Source: Candidatus Binatia bacterium
GTDB lineage: Bacteria; Desulfobacterota; Binatia; UBA9968; CAXXLF01
Direction of reading: 5' to 3'
DNA length: 64,000 bases
Assembly: GCA_963664015.2 (NCBI GenBank)
Contig: CAXXLF010000001.1
Location: forward strand, 512,001-576,000
Part shown: one piece after another, positions 60,537-64,000 of the stretch
Layout: each line of letters opens with the position of its first letter
How positions within the stretch are numbered: the stretch's first letter is position 1
The notes under the pieces: model-generated
The model's input: the letters and a program-made list of their open reading frames with translations, nothing else
Database searches by the model: none
What the model was told of the DNA's origin: nothing
Program-made: the position numbers and the translations under genes

Positions 60537-60848
60537 AGCGAAAATGGCACGTCGCTGATACCCCCCCTAACTCGTCTTTTCCAAGCCCCACCCCTCTCTT
60601 ATCTTCTTGGCCAAGGCTAGCATAGCGTAAAGGGTCCACAAACGAGAATAGTTTGACGGGAAAGGACTTTACGGTGGACTCGTCAATGGGAACTCTTCAT
60701 TAGATCCGCCCCAATCGCCCGGGGTAAATTTTCCGGTCACAAAAGGACTTTATAGCCTTCTGAACCCGGTCCCGAAGCCAACACCAAGGGCGGCAATCAG
60801 ATACAGCGCATAAGGTCATGAAAAAAAGAGAACGGCGCCAGAGGGGGA

Positions 60849-61046
60849 TCAACTCCATGCTCCCACGGCCCCCGCAATCCCCGTCAGGGTTCCCAGCACC
60901 GGAATGTATGCAAGGAAGAAAGCAACGGGGGCAGACACAATCCAATGCAGCCCCCACCAGGCCTGTATCCCTGTAACAATGGCAAAAAGCTGAACCAATC
61001 CAATCAGCAAATAGAGAGCCACGGCGACAGAAACGAGTACCCCCAT
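60849..61046 (-). CDS. Small hydrophobic membrane protein (65 aa)
   Basis: AGGAGG SD; two to three hydrophobic helices. Confidence 0.65.
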   Translation of the reverse strand: MGVLVSVAVALYLLIGLVQLFAIVTGIQAWWGLHWIVSAPVAFFLAYIPVLGTLTGIAGAVGAWS

Positions 61047-61124
61047 AGATTTCCTCCTGGTACGAAAATGATAGAAAGAGTCTTAACCATCAACCGCGAC
61101 TTGGTCGCAAAGATGGCGGTCATC

Positions 61125-62000
61125 TTACAGCTCCCCGATCGGTTGCAGAATACCGCCACTCTTATCAATAAACGCCAACCCTTTATCGGTAGCCGTATGG
61201 GGATTAAACACAATACCCCACCCCCTGTATATGAGTCGGGCGCTCTTATCCATCCAGCTAAACTCCATCGGGGGATGTCTCTCTTCCGCACGAGAACCGT
61301 TCCTTCGGGCGCAAAACACTTCCGGTTCATCGATCAGCTTTGTCTACAGAATACTGTAGAACTCGCTGTTGGGTACACTGAGCACACCCCACTTAACACT
61401 GATGGGGACTTGCAGGTTTTTAATGATCGTGCGGCGGTTCAGCTCGAACTCGGAAATCCCCGTTAAGTACTCACCCCAGGCGCTCGGCTGACGCGACCTC
61501 AACCTCTCAACTCTCTCGCTTTCCCACCGCGTTGCCTCTTTCCCAAGGATCCCAATCGCCTCGAGTAGACTCACATATCGGGAACGCATTTGAAAGTGCC
61601 ACAACCTTGCGACCATGTTTTTCATGGATACGCCATACTTCACCAGTCTCCATCCACTATCGTTCCTCTGGAAAAAAGCACTCAACTCGTTGGGTTGGGT
61701 AAAGATCGGTCTGGTCTTGTGCGCCTTGCTGTTATCCGGATCGAGCCGAAACAGAGCACTGAAATGAACTTCGCGATTATGTTCATCTGCACGAAGAACG
61801 TCATTGATCTCGATGTCCACGAGAAAAGGATCCAGGACATCAGGAGCTATGGACCGGATGTGAGCCTCGATCAGACGTGCTGCCTCACGATGGCTCAAAG
61901 AATCGGCGCAAGAAGAGAGCCAGCAGGCAACAAACACGACCATCGCGCCACAGGCAATAGATTTTAGCCTCTTACCTGTCTCCTCCCCCATTAACCGCAT
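61125..62000 (-). pseudogene. Hypothetical lipoprotein interrupted by an in-frame TAG
   Basis: Lipobox LSS-C; stop at 61344-61346, after which the same frame stays open for 72 more codons to TAA at 61125. Confidence 0.55.
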
Positions 62001-62592
62001 CCTTATGGTGCTCTTCTAAGGCGGGTACGAATTGGGGGAACTCGGCCTAGCAGGTCACGTCCTCCCCTTTTTGTACCCCTCCCCTTTTACAATGATAATA
62101 CAAATGCAGTTAAATTTCTCATTGGGCTTTGTTGCCAAGCGGATCTGGTCTTATGGGGTAAGCCGGGCAATCCTAGTCAAAATACGCACGTGGCTCCTTG
62201 CAGCAGGAATCCAGGCTTGGCGCCACTCCGTAAGGACGTGTAAGATTATTTCGCCAACTACGCTCACGGTTGAACGGTAAAAGATGCTGGGGCTCTCCAA
62301 TCGATAATCCACGCCAAAAAGAGGAAGTCCTGAAGTGGGCCTGCACCGGGGCACCGAACCAATCGTTAATATTGCAATCTGAATCCTTACTCTCCAATTT
62401 GCAAGCATATCTTTAGAATTACCAATCGGCCCCTCGTCCCGATCATCATGATATTACTGGATAAATCAATAGCAAATTAACAATCGAATTCTTTAATTGT
62501 GAAGCCAAATAAATCTTGCATGGGGGTGAAAAATACGTTAAAACTCATAGGTTAAGAGTTTCAAGAGCCTGACGAAGGAGGGTTTAGTAATA

Positions 62593-62919
62593 ATGAAAGA
62601 TTGGAATAGAAAGATATTGGTATGGACCATTGCCCCAGCTTTCCTTGCATTGTTGGCTTCTGGCTGCGCTTATCCGAATCACACTCACCCGGACCTCGGT
62701 CAAAATAGAGCAGCCTTGAATGAGGCCACCAGCGCAGCACAAGCTGCAGCGGCCAGGGCTGACCAAGCAGCCACGAGAGCGGAGCAGGCCTCCCAGTCTG
62801 CCAATTCTGCTGCATCAAGGGCCGAGGCAGCAGCTTCACGAGCGGATTCGGCAGCCATGAGAGCCGAGCGAGCCGCTGATAAAACAGAGTCGATATTCAA
62901 AAAGACGCTTCGCAAATAG
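62593..62919 (+). CDS. Lpp/OprI-family alanine-zipper lipoprotein
   Basis: Lipobox LASG-C, Ala heptads (AQAAAARADQAATRAEQA...), C-terminal Lys (FKKTLRK); AAGGAGG SD. Confidence 0.9.
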   Translation: MKDWNRKILVWTIAPAFLALLASGCAYPNHTHPDLGQNRAALNEATSAAQAAAARADQAATRAEQASQSANSAASRAEAAASRADSAAMRAERAADKTESIFKKTLRK

Positions 62920-63018
62920 ATCCACAGGGACTGTCCACTAAGGGGTGGATACGTCCGGGCACCGTGGAGTTGCTCTTATCCACGAGTTTAGCTTAAGAAA
63001 TCAAGAGCTTGGGAACGA

Positions 63019-64000
63019 TCAACGAGTGAAACGCCCCTTAACGGTGCTCGCTACCTGCCGGACCCATTGACGCTCTGGGCCGGGCCACATAAGACTGAGA
63101 CCAACATAGAGCGAAAGACCCAACACAGGAAGTAAGAACAAGATGGCTATGTGAGCCATTTTGTTCCCAGGCCCCGTCCAATCAATGTTATGGACAATGA
63201 AATAAAGCGGTGCGGCCATGAGCAAAGCCCCGCAAAGGGCTCGGCCGAAGGAAGCCATAAAACCCCTCCACCGGAACTCACCCAAGCGATGTTGTAAAAG
63301 CCAGAGCAGCAATAAGAACTGACAGGTAGAAGAGAGCGAGTTCGCCAAGGCCAACCCTCCGTGAGAGAGCGAAAAGACACCCAATAATTGGGAACCCCCG
63401 GCAATATAACGAGACAACCACCCGGCATCGGGACCGGCAGCAACCGGACCCATCAGCATCAGGCTCAACAGCAAATTCAATCCAAAGGTGAAGCAAGCAA
63501 CCCTAACGGGTGTCTTGGTGTCCTTCAGTGCATAAAAGGCTGGAACGACCAGACGACTCCCAGAGATTGCCCATAGGCCGAATGAGAAATAGACCAACGC
63601 CTCAGCCGTCAGAGTCGTGGTGCGGGCGTCAAAGGCACCGCGCTGGAACAGGACTGCGAAAACAGGAACCGATAACACCATGAGTCCCAGTGTAGCGGGG
63701 AGAGAAATAAAATTGACCAGTCGCAACGAATAAGCAACCCCCTCCTGTAATCCCTGGTAATCCTTTTTAGCTGCCAAGGAGGAAAAGCTCGGGAGTGCAG
63801 CCGTACCCAGGGCGATGGCAAACACCCCGAGAGGAAACTGTAGGAATCGGTCCGCGTAATAGAGGTAGGAGATGCTCCCTGCGGCCAGCATGGAGGCCAA
63901 CATCGTACTCACCAAGACATTGACCTGATAGACTGCGGCACCGAAGAGAGCCGGACCCATGAGAAGGAGCATATGGCGTAGGGCCGGATGTTTAAAATGC
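63019..64000 (-). CDS. murJ: Lipid II flippase MurJ (MviN), 5' end outside the window
   Basis: YLYYADR..QFPLG.F..A...A.LP, LFQRGAF, FYALKDTKTP, GLALA.S. Confidence 0.96.
   Translation of the reverse strand, partial: HFKHPALRHMLLLMGPALFGAAVYQVNVLVSTMLASMLAAGSISYLYYADRFLQFPLGVFAIALGTAALPSFSSLAAKKDYQGLQEGVAYSLRLVNFISLPATLGLMVLSVPVFAVLFQRGAFDARTTTLTAEALVYFSFGLWAISGSRLVVPAFYALKDTKTPVRVACFTFGLNLLLSLMLMGPVAAGPDAGWLSRYIAGGSQLLGVFSLSHGGLALANSLSSTCQFLLLLWLLQHRLGEFRWRGFMASFGRALCGALLMAAPLYFIVHNIDWTGPGNKMAHIAILFLLPVLGLSLYVGLSLMWPGPERQWVRQVASTVKGRFTR

Noticed and set aside
32540-61346. Amber (TAG) recoding or pyrrolysine read-through, suggested by in-frame TAGs at 32540, 57855 and 61344
   Set aside because: Two of these loci also carry frameshifts or deletions, and many intact genes here (tatA, gcvT, rpoD, xseB) terminate normally at TAG; no pyl genes are in the window
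62918-62990. Cluster of DnaA-box-like words (TTATCCACG and weaker) as a possible oriC
   Set aside because: None is a perfect box, there is no AT-rich unwinding element, and the words are explained by a hairpin between convergent genes
1-64000. CRISPR array, rRNA, prophage, integrase or IS transposase
   Set aside because: No regularly spaced repeats, rRNA signatures or recombinase/transposase motifs were seen

Overview
Bacterial chromosomal window with moderately high GC. Gene order and content suggest a deltaproteobacteria-like lineage, possibly Candidatus Binatia/Binatota; this is inference only. Housekeeping blocks: cysM-zinc-ribbon/DUF3426-tatA-tonB; folD-gcvTH-gcvPA-gcvPB; rpsU-cvpA-dnaG-rpoD-tRNA-Ile2; ftsEX-envC-ctpA; xseA-M23-xseB-(ispA)-dxs-tlyA; lpp-like lipoprotein; murJ. 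Catabolic genes are interspersed (VOC, bicupin, crotonase, ALDH, ThDP enzyme), and an accessory-looking block 3' of tRNA-Leu carries a LigJ-like amidohydrolase, EmrAB, ICL/PEPM-family and DHDPS-family enzymes, two Rieske oxygenases and SRAP. The most notable unannotated feature is a ~1.6 kb gene-poor stretch (45.0-46.55 kb) with three sigma-54 (-24/-12) promoters. Each has an IHF-like box at identical spacing, activator-type palindromes lie between them, and each precedes a microprotein ORF; two of these ORFs have Cys/His zinc-binding patterns and end in Ala-Ala. Also notable: a heavily decayed ispA (FPP synthase) relic inside the xseB-dxs operon, several other eroded genes, a B12 radical SAM enzyme with a duplicated C-terminal helical module, enzymes with altered catalytic motifs, and a dispersed REP-like repeat. 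No CRISPR array, rRNA, integrase or transposase was seen.
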